From positions 620,001-684,000 of the forward strand of contig MU054026.1 of the NCBI GenBank assembly GCA_013239625.1: a stretch of 64,000 nucleotides of DNA, read 5' to 3'. This DNA is from Lama guanicoe. Its lineage: Eukaryota. The position numbers and the translations under genes are program-made. Under the pieces are notes generated by a model. That model ran no database searches. It had not been told where the DNA came from and saw nothing but the letters and a program-made list of their open reading frames with translations. This document shows positions 24,369 to 35,678 of the stretch, piece after piece. Every line of letters begins with the position of its first letter. The stretch's first letter is position 1.

Positions 24369-25772
24369 TTACTGACAAGTAAGGCAGTTAAAGATACTCC
24401 TTAAGCTTGGCAAGGGAACATTTCCAGGATGAGGGTTTTCTCACACACCCTTTCCCTAGATGGTTGCAGTGGAAGGGACCATTTTACTCTTTGGAAGCTG
24501 CTATTCACGAAACTATCCCAACCCACCAGGTTCATCCATGAACTCAAAGTCTGTCATCTGAAAAATAAAACGAATTCAGCTTGCCTAGAAAAGAGATCAG
24601 TTTGTAACCAAAATATGAAATTAGCTCAAAATAATATCAGTGCAGGAACAGACCTATGATTTGGGGATAGTGAAATTCAACTATCATGTCATTTCAGTTA
24701 GCCCATTTGTCACCATAATTTTAGGTCTTCAGAACCCATTCCAGGGCTATTGTGTGGCAATTCCAAACAATAACCTCAAAGTCTGAAATATTTAACTTCC
24801 TGGATATTGAACAATACCGAGTAATAATCTTTAATGGGCTCTTATTGGAATCTGACAGAGGATAGATATCAGTGAAAATGAAAAGATAAAAGAAAATTTG
24901 TACAGTTCATTGCAAGCTGAAGTTGACAAACTTCATCTACTAGCTCTTTGAAAAATAACCCCTTTGCCCTGTCTGTCTAATATGATGGTCATCCCATAGC
25001 AAAATTCATCCTGGATTTGAAATGCAAGGTCGCTTTAATGCCTGACAGGGTTTTTTTGCTATACTTCATTTATAAACATAAAACAACAAGCATACTGGCC
25101 TGGAGAAACGTTCATTTTTAGCAAAGCTGCCTTTTATTTAAGTCAGGTGTAACACAGTGCCCCAAGACTCTTCTAAACTTTTCCTGGCAGGTATTTTCAG
25201 ATCTATTTATCACGGTCACAACATGAAGTAGTTTCTGATTTATGTGGTGAGCTTCAGACTTTTGGTATTTTCTCTCTTAGCCTCAATCCATCAGGAAGCA
25301 GGTCTGCATCACATTTAACACCAATATAGCACCGTCGATAATGCCCTGGTACCCAGCATGCATAACAAGGAGGACCCTGGCAGAGATGGAGGGCTCAGGG
25401 TGTGAGCTGCAAGTCTAAACAGTCTAAACTGAAAGATTTTTCAAATGCATAGGATTTTTATATATTTGGAGTGAAATGATGGATGCTGGTGAATTAGGAA
25501 AGCCAGAGATTTCATCTATAAATGGATAATTACAACAGAACTCCTTGGATTTGGTATTGTTCGAACAAAAAACCTGCAGGAAGTTTTGGTGACATAGCGT
25601 AAGGCTTCCTCCGAAGCTTGGCCAGATCATTAATGTCAATATCAACCTCAACGTCCCCATTATCTGGTACTGGATCTGCATATTAAAGGTGCTGGTACCA
25701 GGTTGGGTACAACTCAAGGTCAGGTTGTTCTGTCATTGCCGTAACCCCTAGATCCCTAACTTGCACCATCAT
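24369..25772 (-). pseudogene. Candidate endogenous bornavirus-like nucleoprotein element (EBLN), heavily decayed with stops and frameshifts
   Basis: Manual minus-strand translation gives ordered motifs similar to BoDV-1 N / human EBLN1 (recalled): AMTEQPDL~[17 protein letters not shown]~LQY..[20 protein letters not shown]~[14 protein letters not shown]..GIIDG~IS..GVVIG; KSEAHHINQKLLHVVTVINR~[27 protein letters not shown]~[15 protein letters not shown]~KEFMDQI; MG*LK*HDS*ISLSP..RSVPAL~[20 protein letters not shown]; FIFW~AFYW; PG..RE*QL~PG..KETQL. No TE similarity recognised in this interval. Confidence 0.62.
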
Positions 25773-26114
25773 TTCACATCTGTGATTTACTTAAGGTGGT
25801 GATACCTAAGATTTGCCAAACTACTTTCCTATCTAAACTCTCATTTTTGGTAGGGAAGCCATGTTATGTCCAAATTCTATTTGAGGTCAACTTTGGTTGA
25901 AGAGAGACATGAAACAAGTTATGTATTTGTAACTGGGTATAAATATACTATCTGAAGCATAGCCAGATCCTTGTCCTGACATTGCCTTGTGTCTCTGCAC
26001 AAGTAGGTACTGGGTGCTCAGTAAAGTTGCTGACAAGTTTGGACTGGCACAATGAAAAAAAAATGTCAGCTGTCATGTAGACGCTAGAGGGTTTATAACA
26101 AACACTGATCAAAA

Positions 26115-26335
26115 ATCAATTTGTTCAGCAAATGTTTACTGAGCACATACTATGTGTCAGGCTGTAGGCTCTCCACTGAAATCCAGTCTTGACACTAGGA
26201 GCTCAGAGTCTGTTGTCGCAACATCCAGATTCACAAATAATTATGACCCAGGATGGTGGAAGCTATACCTCGGAGGTCACAGAAGACAGAGCAAGGAAAT
26301 GGTGTGGGGATCTGGAAAGAGATTCATAGAAGACA
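26115..26335 (-). mobile_element. L2 3' fragment
   Basis: tttgttcagcaaatgtttactgagcacatactatgtgtcaggc. Confidence 0.7.
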
Positions 26336-26720
26336 GCAAAACAAGCCCCATGGAACTGTTTACTTTTTTTTTAAATAAAACTTTGTTGTTGTGTAATATA
26401 ACACACTCGAAAGTGTGCAGAACAAAGATGTACCACACAATGACTTATCAGAATACTTGCATATTCAAGTAAAACAGTGCTTTTCAAACCATCTGTGGTG
26501 AAGGATGTTTTTTTTTTTTCAAACTATTGGTGGTGAAGGATCATTCTTTTTTCCTAATTCATCAGTTTAAAAATACAATAAAAGTGAAACAATAAAAAGG
26601 AATAGGAAAAAATACAGGTAGATAAGATACATGCCAGTAAAAAATGGATTACCGGAAAACTAAAAGAAGGAAACAAAACAAAGACAAACAAAATCCACAT
26701 CTGATTTTGACATTTTAATT

Positions 26721-26938
26721 ACAATCAACTCTTGAAAAATGTGGAGCTTAAAGGTACTGACCCCGAGCAGCCAAAATTACCAGTATAACTTGACAGTCAG
26801 TCCTTCATATCTGAGCTTCCGCGGCCACAGATTCAACCATTGGTAGATGGTTTTGTACTAGTGTCTGCATTCACTGAAAAAAATCCAGGTATAAGTGAAC
26901 CTGTCCAGTTCAAACCGACATTGTTCAAGAGTCAACTG
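26721..26938. mobile_element. TcMar-Tigger MITE (Tigger2a-like)
   Basis: Terminal inverted repeats caatcaactcttgaa / ttcaagagtcaactg with a TA flank on the left. Confidence 0.75.
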
Positions 26939-27002
26939 CATTGATTGGTTGATTGATTGATTGGTAAGAAGGAACTTAGTGTTTTGTGGGTTTTTTTTAG
27001 CT

Positions 27003-27292
27003 TTTAAACATTTTTTATTGAGCTTTAATTTATGCATAACATTATATTAGTTTCAGGTGTACAACGTAATGGTTCAATATATGTATCTATGACAAAATGA
27101 TGGCCACAATAAGTCTAGTTACCCTCTGTCGCCATACATAGATCTTTTCTTTTGCGATGAGAACTTTTAGGATCTATGCTCCTAGTAACTTTCAAATACA
27201 TCATATAGTGTTAACTATCATCACCATATTATACATTACATCCCCGTGACTCATTTATTTTAACTGGAATTTTGCACCTTTTGACCCCCTCC
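27003..27292 (-). mobile_element. L1 3' end (older, L1MA-like)
   Basis: attatattagtttcaggtgtacaac...caataagtctagttacc...atacattacatcccc. Confidence 0.8.
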
Positions 27293-27380
27293 AAAGGACA
27301 TAAATATCACATGGGCAAATAAAGATTCTGAAAGTTTACTCTCAATTTCTCTACTTATCTCATGTGGCTTCAGACACAAA

Positions 27381-27935
27381 TGTTGGCAACTAGACAGAGT
27401 TCAATTACTGAAAAAACTCGTAGGATCCCAAATGACAATGCCTGCAAAGATACATTTTGTTAGAGAAAAGGATACAATCTGTCTGCAGCATCACAGTAAG
27501 TCTGTGTATTGCACCAAAGGCTGTCTCCCAGTGAGGCATCCAGAGAGGCCAGATACAGGCTCCCGCTGTCCAATGCAGGGTCTTACCAGGCACACTTTCT
27601 CTTCTGGACCATCAATGTGTGCGTGGACTATTTTGGATCAGGGAGCCGAAAATGGACTTTCAACTGGTGCTTCTTACCCCTGCTGGCCACGTAGGCATTT
27701 TCTTGCTATACCATCATCCCAATGGCAGAGCCCTCTAGGTGACCAGGTACAAAGCAATCTCAGTGTTATCAATAAATAATGCTGACGAGATGGTGCAGAC
27801 CACTCCTAAACTCCGTAGACCCCCGTTTACTAAGAACTCCCATTAGTCACTATGTTTCATGCCTCGATCCATGCCTTGCAGGTGTGTTAGCAAAACAGCT
27901 CAAGCCAGTTCCAGGCTTGCGAGCATAACTTCACA
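27381..27935 (-). mobile_element. ERVL-class solo LTR
   Basis: Minus strand reads tgtgaag...tgtatccttttctc...gtcatttgggatcctacgagttttttcagtaattgaac...gccaaca (TG..CA ends). Confidence 0.55.
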
Positions 27936-28059
27936 GCATAACTCATAACAAGCAGCTCGCGGACTGGCACTGCTCTGCAGGTCACACCCGGAGTGGCACT
28001 GACATATGGACATCCCGGTCAAGAACTAGACCATGGCCAGCAACTGTTGTGAATTTACG

Positions 28060-30590
28060 ATCATCGCTTTCTCACCTTTCTTATAGTTGACACGATTTTA
28101 TTGCTATTATTTTGTTTTTACATCTCAATGGGAAAAAATGAAGTTTATGTCATTTGATGTCTGGCTTCTTTCTTTCAAAAGCATTTTATAAGAGTCTTCC
28201 CTGCCGTTAGGTAGAGTTGTAGTTTGCTCATTTCCGATGTAGTAGAGAATTCTGTCGTGAGGCTGTACCCTATTTACCCATTTGAATGCTGATGGACATT
28301 TGGGCTGTTTTCCATTTTTGACGATTATGAATACTGTTGCTATGATGACCTTTTATATATGTTTTCACAATTCTCTCGGGCATATACAGTGGAACCACCG
28401 TGAGGTCATTAGGTTACACACGTGTTTAGCTTTGGTTACTGCCAAATAGTATATTGAACTGTTGGTGCCAACTGATTCTCCCACCAGCTGCATACAATTT
28501 CTTTTTGCTTCAAATCCTTGCTAACACTAACATTGTCAATGTTTACGTTTTTTGCCTCCCTGGTGAGTGTGTAGTTGAATTTCACTGCGTGTGCTTTTTA
28601 AAGTGATTTATTTATTTATTACAAAAATTTTAAAGATTACACCCCATTTACAGTTAGTACAAAATGTTGACTGTGCTCCCTGTATAGTATGATACATCCT
28701 TGTAACTCATCTTACACACAATAATTTGCACCCCTGCTCCTCCGTTATCCCTCCTCCATTTCCCCAATTATCAAGGAAGTTGGACCACTTTTTATGCACT
28801 TATTGACCACTGGGGTGAAGGCTTTACCTATGTAAGTCTCTTGCCTGCTTTTCTATTAATTTCTATTTTTCTTATTGATTTGTAGTGGTACTTTATATAT
28901 TCTGGATATAAACCTTCAGATACATATTCTCCCACTGTGCAGACACTTTTTCAGTCTTTTAAAGGTATCTGATGTTATCTGTCGTTATTCACCTTGTCTG
29001 CTGAAGTTGAGATAGCCCCATAAGCAGGTCCTGAGACAAGGACTCAAGTGCGAGTGACTTATTTGGGAGTTGGTCCCAGGAAACACTGGTATAAGAGTAA
29101 AAAAAAAAGTGAAAGAAGGCTTCTAATGAAAACTTTCTTACCAAGCAAGTTACTTTAAAGCTTAATCCTACCGAGGAATTAAGGAGTGAATGTAGAAAAT
29201 GTGCATCAGCGTTCTCACATCCAAGGGGTAAGCAAACTAAAGTATTTTTTTTTTAAAGTTCTGTGTATCTGCGGTTGAGGGATAGTTCCAGGGTAAATTA
29301 ATTCCCAGGAGCAAATTACCTCTAGCCTGACACGGGGGCAGATGGAGTGACTCCTGCAGTGCAAGAAAGTGGAAGAAATGAAGGTACTGATAGTTGGCTG
29401 GTGATAGTTGGAAAGCAGTACTTTCCAACTCTAACAGAATATATTTCTTCCCCTTGGTGCGCTGGCTAGAACCGCCAGTCCACATTGGATGGAAGATACA
29501 ACAGTGGTTATGCTTGGGTGGATCTTGGTCTCAAAGGCAGGGTTTCACTATTTTATGATCCTCTATGATGTCTGCTATAGATTTAAAATAAATACCCTTT
29601 ATCACATTAAGGATGTTCTATCCATAACTTGTTTATTAAATGGATGTCAAAGTATATCAAATAGTTCCTGCATCTAATGAGACAGTGGTATGACTTTTTT
29701 TCCATTTATTATGTTAATGATGTGAATTACACTGATTAATTTTTAGGTGCTTAACTAACCTTGCATTCCTGGAATAAACCTGCGTTCCTGTATGAGACTG
29801 GCTGGTTTTCTTTTTCTCGATGTACTTATCAGAATTCTTATGAAAGTTATCCTGGTTCTCTTAAATGATTGGGACATGTTCCTCCTTTTCCTATTTTCTT
29901 GAAGAATTTGTGTATTATTGGCATTTTTCCTTCTCTAAATGTTTGGGAGAATTTGCCGGTGAATACATCTTGCTGGCAAAGAAAGAACTCAATGGAGACG
30001 GATGAGTTCACCTAATTTCTCATTGTGAAGCAGCAAAAAATCATAGCTATAGTAAACCAAAGGACATAAGCTATTTCTGAATAAAAGATCATTGTTCATG
30101 AGGTAAATGTCAAAATGCTAAACCTGTTTTGAGCTATTAATCTCCTGTCTCATCAATTTATAGCCTACTCAAGTTCTAGGATCTAGACAGTCCCTTGTCT
30201 TGGAAAACAATTCATTACATCTCCAGCCCCTACCTAGCTGCTTTGAACTTCTGTGCTGTTGATGGACATTTAAGCTAATGACCTTTTTCAAATTGTTTTA
30301 ATTGTTTTATATGGAAATATTTAAAATTACAGACCCAATTTCTTTAATAGCTATATGAATAGTCATACTTTTTATTCTTTTTGCATCACTTTTGTCAAAT
30401 ACTACTCTTTCAGAAAACTTTTTTGTCTTATTAAAATGTTTCATTTTATTAAAGTAGCTCATAAGAACCTTTGATTATGTTTGTAAAAAAAAAAAAGTTT
30501 CTACATCCTTAATGTTGGTTATTTACACTCTTTATCTGTTTTCCTCATTGGTGGCACCAGAGCATTATCAAATTTGTTGGTCTTTTAATT
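28060..30590 (-). mobile_element. Old L1 (L1MC/ME-like) ORF2 and 3'UTR, fragmented
   Basis: gatggacatttgggctgttt, ccttgcattcctggaataaacc, aaatgtttgggagaatttgccggtg. Confidence 0.8.
28973..29485 (-). mobile_element. ERVL LTR (LTR33/LTR16-like) inside the old L1
   Basis: cctgagacaaggactcaagtgcgagtgacttatttgggagttggtcccaggaaacactgg. Confidence 0.65.
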
Positions 30591-30604
30591 TTCTTTTCTG
30601 TTTG

Positions 30605-32100
30605 AAGTGGGAGCGTTCCTGTGTAGACTGGGTGCATCTGACGGTTTTGTCGTGATGGCTGTTCTAACCATGGATGGTTGCCACGCCTTTTTTCCGTGTG
30701 TGTTGGCTGCTGTCCCTTTGATTGGGGGTGTGGCTGGTGTTCCTGCTCTGATTGTTGGTGTTGAGCATCCTTTTTTGTTCTGTGGTTGTCACAGGCTTAA
30801 CGGGAGCTGGGTCTGACCCCCTGTTGCTGGAATAGAGTCTTCTAGACCCATTTCTGAGCTGCAGTGTGAGGTAGGCAGGGTTGGGGCGCTTCAGCTGGGA
30901 AGAAGAGTTGCTCAGGGTACCTCCGCAGGGGATGCACACTGGGAAGGGCCCTCTGTGGTGGTGTCTGTCACTTGTTATGTGGGCTTACAAAGTACACCTG
31001 AATCCGTGGTGCACAACAGGGTCAGCGCAAACTCCAGCCCCACCTCCAGGTACAGTATGGTGTGCTGGGCTGTTGTAAACAGCCGTTACTGGCCCCTGTC
31101 ACGTGCCGAAACTCCACTCACTGCCTGTTTGTCCCAGAGGCACGCACCAGGGGGGCAGAGCCACCCTCTCTGCCTGGCGCTGTAAACAAATCCCAGTCCT
31201 GCCTGTGAAGTCGCAGGGGCCCCGGTATGGGTTCCGCTTTCAGCCCCGCCTCCACGCAGCAGAGATGGGCGTGACCGAGCCCCACCCCTCTTCTTGCAAG
31301 AAAACACCAACCACGGAGCCAAGTGGAGACAGGAGCTATGGCGTGACTGCGTTGTGCCCCTCCCCACCATGCACACCAGCAGTGGTGCTTTTTTAATGAG
31401 GGTCCCAGGCTGTTCTGCTCTGCACACACCTCCAACCAGAGCTCATGCCACCCTCCAGCCCCTTGAGGCTGCCTCTGTGCGACAAGCCCCAGCCGTCTGC
31501 CTGGTCTCACCGATCGCCAGCAGCCAGCCCTGGCTTGTCCCTCTAGGGCTGGGGATCGCAAGGACACTCTGTGCCAGTTTCTCTTAGTTCTGTCTGCCAA
31601 GCAGCTGCCACTTCTCCTCTGAGCCCCAGAAGCTCAGCTTCTGTCCCTGTTGACCTCCCACCTGGAGAGGGGCATCCCAACCTGAGGGCGCTTCTCTTCC
31701 TTTTCTGCTTCCTCCCTGCAGGACCAGTCTTGCACTGATTTTATTTTTCTTTTCTCTTCTTTTCTTTTCTTTTCTTTTCTTTTCTTTTCTTTTCTTTTCT
31801 TTTCTCTCTCTTTCTTTCTTTCTTGCTTGTTTTCTTTCTTTCTTTCTTTCTTTCTCTTTCTTTCTTTCTTTCTTTCTTTCCTTCTTTCTTTCCTTCTTTC
31901 TTTCCTTCCTTCCTTCCTTCCTTCCTTCCTTCCTTCCTTCCTTTTTTCCTCTTACCAGATTTTGTGAAAATCCTGAAAAGAGAGACATTCTACCAGAGTT
32001 CAGTAGGTGTTCTGTGTGATTCAGTGGGTTTGTAGATGTAAGTCTTGTTGTATTTTTGGCAAAGGGTGAGCTGTGAGTCTCTCTACCCCACCATCTTGTC
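30605..32100 (-). mobile_element. Isolated L1 5'UTR (internal promoter region) with no ORF1 or ORF2
   Basis: Minus strand starts caagatggtggggtagagagactcacagctcacc...acacagaacacctactgaactctgg; GC/CpG-rich body; ends just before the expected ORF1. Confidence 0.8.
31740..31946. repeat. Compound (TTTTC)n/(TTTC)n/(TTCC)n polypyrimidine repeat
   Basis: Read directly from the sequence. Confidence 0.97.
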
Positions 32101-32602
32101 ACCTGCCCCTCATCAGTATTGTATCTACCTAAACTCATTGAGATGTAGTAAGAAGAATTCCTGATAAAAGTAGAGATCCTTAATTTTAGGTATGATTCCA
32201 TCAGTAATTTCTAAAGAGATGTGATAAGTTTTTCTACTGACCTGGAATTTACATTCCTCTTCTGCTATATAAGAAACTCATACTTACAGCTGTAACATTC
32301 TATGATTCTGAGAGAATGACTGAATTTACCACTTCACAATAACCAAAGATAACAAATGTGTGACAGACACACAGATCACCCCTCCCAGCCCTAAGCCTAA
32401 AGCAGACATCACTAATCGAGTGTTGCATGTGCTCCCACTAAATCAGGATGCGGCATCTGGAATTATTAACACAGCATTCCATGAGGCCTCTACTTTTCAG
32501 TTTAAGCTGGCATGTAGGGCACAGTATCACTGTCATACCAGTTTCATAAAGTGATAAATGTATTTCAATGCTGATATTTTTTAAATGCTTCAGGTGCTAT
32601 TT

Positions 32603-33071
32603 TAATACTCTACTGCTGCGATAACAAGTCACCACAAATTTAGTGGCTGTAACAGCACAAATTTATTGCCTTATAGTTCTGGAGATCAGAACTCCTAACG
32701 TCAAGGTATGAGCAGGGTCGTGGTTCTTTTGGAGGCTCTAGGGGAGAACGCTTTCCTTTTCCAGCTTCTAGAGGCCACCCGTGCTCTCTGGAAGTGGCCC
32801 CTTCCTTCCTCTTCAAGGCTAGCAGTGAATACCTTCATATCCCTCTGACTTCTACTTCCATCATCACGTTTTCTTCTCCGACTCCGCCCCTTTATTCTAA
32901 TGACCCTTGTGATTCCACCGGACCCAGCAAGACAATCCAGGATAATCAACCCCTCTCACCATCCTTAACAGCCACGTCTGCAAAGTCCCCTTTTGCACGT
33001 AAGGTAACGTATTCACAGGTTCTACAGATTAGAACACAGACATCTTTGCGAGGGTATTTATTCCTACCATC
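32603..33071 (-). mobile_element. MaLR solo LTR (MLT1C/D-like)
   Basis: ctgctgcgataacaagtcaccacaaatttagtggc...taaggtaacgtattcacaggttc. Confidence 0.85.
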
Positions 33072-34699
33072 GGTGCTTAAATTTTTTTCCAATCACCTCT
33101 TTCATATGTTCTTTAGCTCCCATTGCACATTCTTTTAAATATCCTCAATAATGGAAATGTATGTCCCATAACCAGTCAAATATCTTTCATAATGTCAAGT
33201 TTGACAATCAATAAGCAAAACTTTTGAGTCAAAAAATGTAATGCTGTTCACTGTAACACCAGCACAGTGCTGACTCACACAAATGTGCTCATTGCTTTTT
33301 TTTTTCCCCCTGCATTTAAAATATTCATTTAATAACAAGACATTATTTCAGGGTATATAGCATATAGCAGTATGTTGAAAGAAGAATTACAGTTTCTAAG
33401 ATCATTTTAGCTTATGATGCTATGTCATTATAAACCTTTTTAAAAAATGGATGAGAATCAACACAGTACTTTTTAGATGCATATCATACAGTTCTTAGTC
33501 ATACAAATACATCTATTATAAATACCATAGTAAAAAAATATTCTATTATAAATACAGTGTAAAAAATTACATTTATGGATAAGATAATGGTGTAGACATC
33601 CAATTATACATGGAAGTGAGCTGACAGATCTAAATTCTTATAAAAATGGAAAATTTCTTAGTACACATCTCAATATCTCAGGGAAAGCCATGATACCAGT
33701 ATTCAAGCATATAAATTTTATTTGGAATATTTTCCAACTATCTTATTTCCTTAGAAAAAAGAGAGAAAAACAGAGATGTCTTCACTTCTATTGTCTGCTT
33801 TGCTATTTTAATCAAATTTAACAGTAAGAAATATATAGCATCCTCTGAAAGGACGAATAATGAGTGCAGTCCTTGGTGGTTTTAATCACTTCTTAGCTGC
33901 TTTCCTGAGAGCCCCATCTGCCCTCCTAGTCCATCTGCTAGTTGTTAACACTTAGTCAGTCACTTGCCAGATCCAAAATCTGAACTGAGATGGGGGTGGG
34001 AAAGTGCGATCATGGTTTCTGATGATTAAATGTGATTGACAAACATACAAACACACACAAACATATTCACCATGATGCTCCAGCTTGGAGCCAGTTCAGT
34101 CCAGGAATATAATATTAGAATGGCCAAGGAAAGATGCTCTGAGGCAGACGTGCATGGTTTTGCTAAGCATTAATTTGCTCAAGAATCAACTTTCCTTTGT
34201 CAGAGAAGCTAATGATCACATCACTTAATTGTTTCATCAGCAGTACAATAAAAAAGAGACAAAATCTACTCCAGTTCCCCAGTGGAGGAAAAAGTGGCTG
34301 TTGGAAACCTTAGACTGATTTATTTAAGACCAATATCCATCAATATTCAGGACAAATTCTTTAATGGATGGCTTGAATGTGTTTAGAAATAATATAGAGT
34401 CTTTTATTCAAAATAAGACATAGTAACTCTCCAAGTGAGTCTTTCTTATTTTAGAGCCAGGAAAATCATCACCCAGCAAGGTCAATGGAGTTACTGCAAG
34501 TTATTTATGATGCTTCTCAAACACTGTTTACGCAGTATCCTTTTGTCTGGTGGAGCAGAGAGCATCCTTCCAGATTACTCCCAAGCCTTCTTGCAGCCCA
34601 TGATTCTGAGCTGCGGGAACTTCACATGGGACCTCCAGAGGACAGCGCTCTCTGCCTGACAGATTTTCACTCCAGTTTGAAAATTTTAGGAATGAGATG

Positions 34700-34910
34700 T
34701 CTTGAACACGATCAGTGGTGAGATAATCTTTTTGGGGGAAGCCCATTTTACTGGACAGTTTTAATTGTTCAAAGTCATTTATCTTTAGAGTAAATTTTGT
34801 TATTTAAATCCAATTCATTACTTAACTTTGTTACCTGGAAATACACAGATTAATTTAGTTTCTTTGCCAGTTAGGCAGTCTCTTAGATATATGAGGACAG
34901 GCAGGTAGCA
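34700..34910 (-). mobile_element. CR1/L3 3' fragment
   Basis: Reverse complement aacaattaaaactgtccagtaaaatgggcttccc...cactgatcgtgttcaag. Confidence 0.5.
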
Positions 34911-35289
34911 ATCCATTAGAGGAAAATTGCTAATTTCATAGCCACACATTCAAGAACTTTTCTCTAAGGGGGAAAAGTCATTTTCACCTAACATTATCTC
35001 CCGCTTTGAAAGTTTACTAGAAGATTAGGAGACTAACAGTAAAAAAGGTCCATGCAAGTTCAAGATGCAATCTCCTGACTAAGTAGTAATTTGAGTGGAA
35101 AATATTTGTAGATATTTCTTTAATTTGAGCCAATATTATTATGTGATTTTAAAATAAATAACATGAACTTAGTCTTTGTTCCTAGCAATACAGTGTCAAG
35201 TTTAAGTAAATCAGCTCTTCCACTGAAATATGCTTTGGTGGAATGACATTTAGAATATTATGCTCTGACCTTCTGACCACATTACAGGG

Positions 35290-35610
35290 AACCGTTGATA
35301 AATTTCTTAGAGTCAAGGAAGAGGTTAAAAGAATGACTAGGGTATCTGGAAGCCGTGTTACATGAAGAATGATGGATAGAAGGAGACATATTTGACTAGG
35401 AAGAAAAACATCTTAAGAGAGGGACATGGTAAGTGCCTTGAAGTAAATATAGCAGTATCAATTAAAATAAATTAGACATAGTTTGTGTCACTTCAGAGAA
35501 CAGACTGAGACCCTCAGTTGGAAGGTGCTTGAAAGTAGAATGTCTTAGTATAAATAAGAAAGAGCTTTAAAAGTAGATCTGCCGACAGTAGGATGTTTAA
35601 TTGCTTCAAA
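35290..35610 (+). mobile_element. CR1/L3 3' region
   Basis: ggtatctggaagccgtgttacatgaagaatga...cttaagagagggacatggtaagtgccttgaag. Confidence 0.7.
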
Positions 35611-35678
35611 TAAAGACCAGAATACCTGGCATGACTAGAGTAGTAGAGGAGATATCTTTTGAGGAAATATATTTTTTA

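Larger units (their letters stand above)
26476..28001. mobile_element. hAT-Charlie MITE broken by three nested insertions
   Basis: Terminal inverted repeats cagtgc (26476) and gcactg (28001); internal tactctcaatttctctacttatctc resumes at taacaagcagctcgcggac. Confidence 0.7.

Noticed and set aside
24800..25375. Filovirus NP-like words (MHAGYQG, GIVQYP, FGIATQ)
   Set aside because: Spacing is not collinear with recalled Ebola NP; the bornavirus N register explains more motifs in order.
25540..25600. Alternative EBLN register PKLPAGFLFEQY ~ PKLPGKFLQY, with LCML/VPG near 25360
   Set aside because: Conflicts with the better-supported upstream register; treated as chance. It shows the by-eye alignment is not unique and needs computation.
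25424..25717. 97-aa ORF inside the EBLN as a functional protein
   Set aside because: Non-ATG start and a different frame from the main N-like motifs.
31584..32201. 205-aa ORF, the longest in the window
   Set aside because: Open only because it crosses the (GAAA/GGAA)n repeat and the L1 5'UTR.
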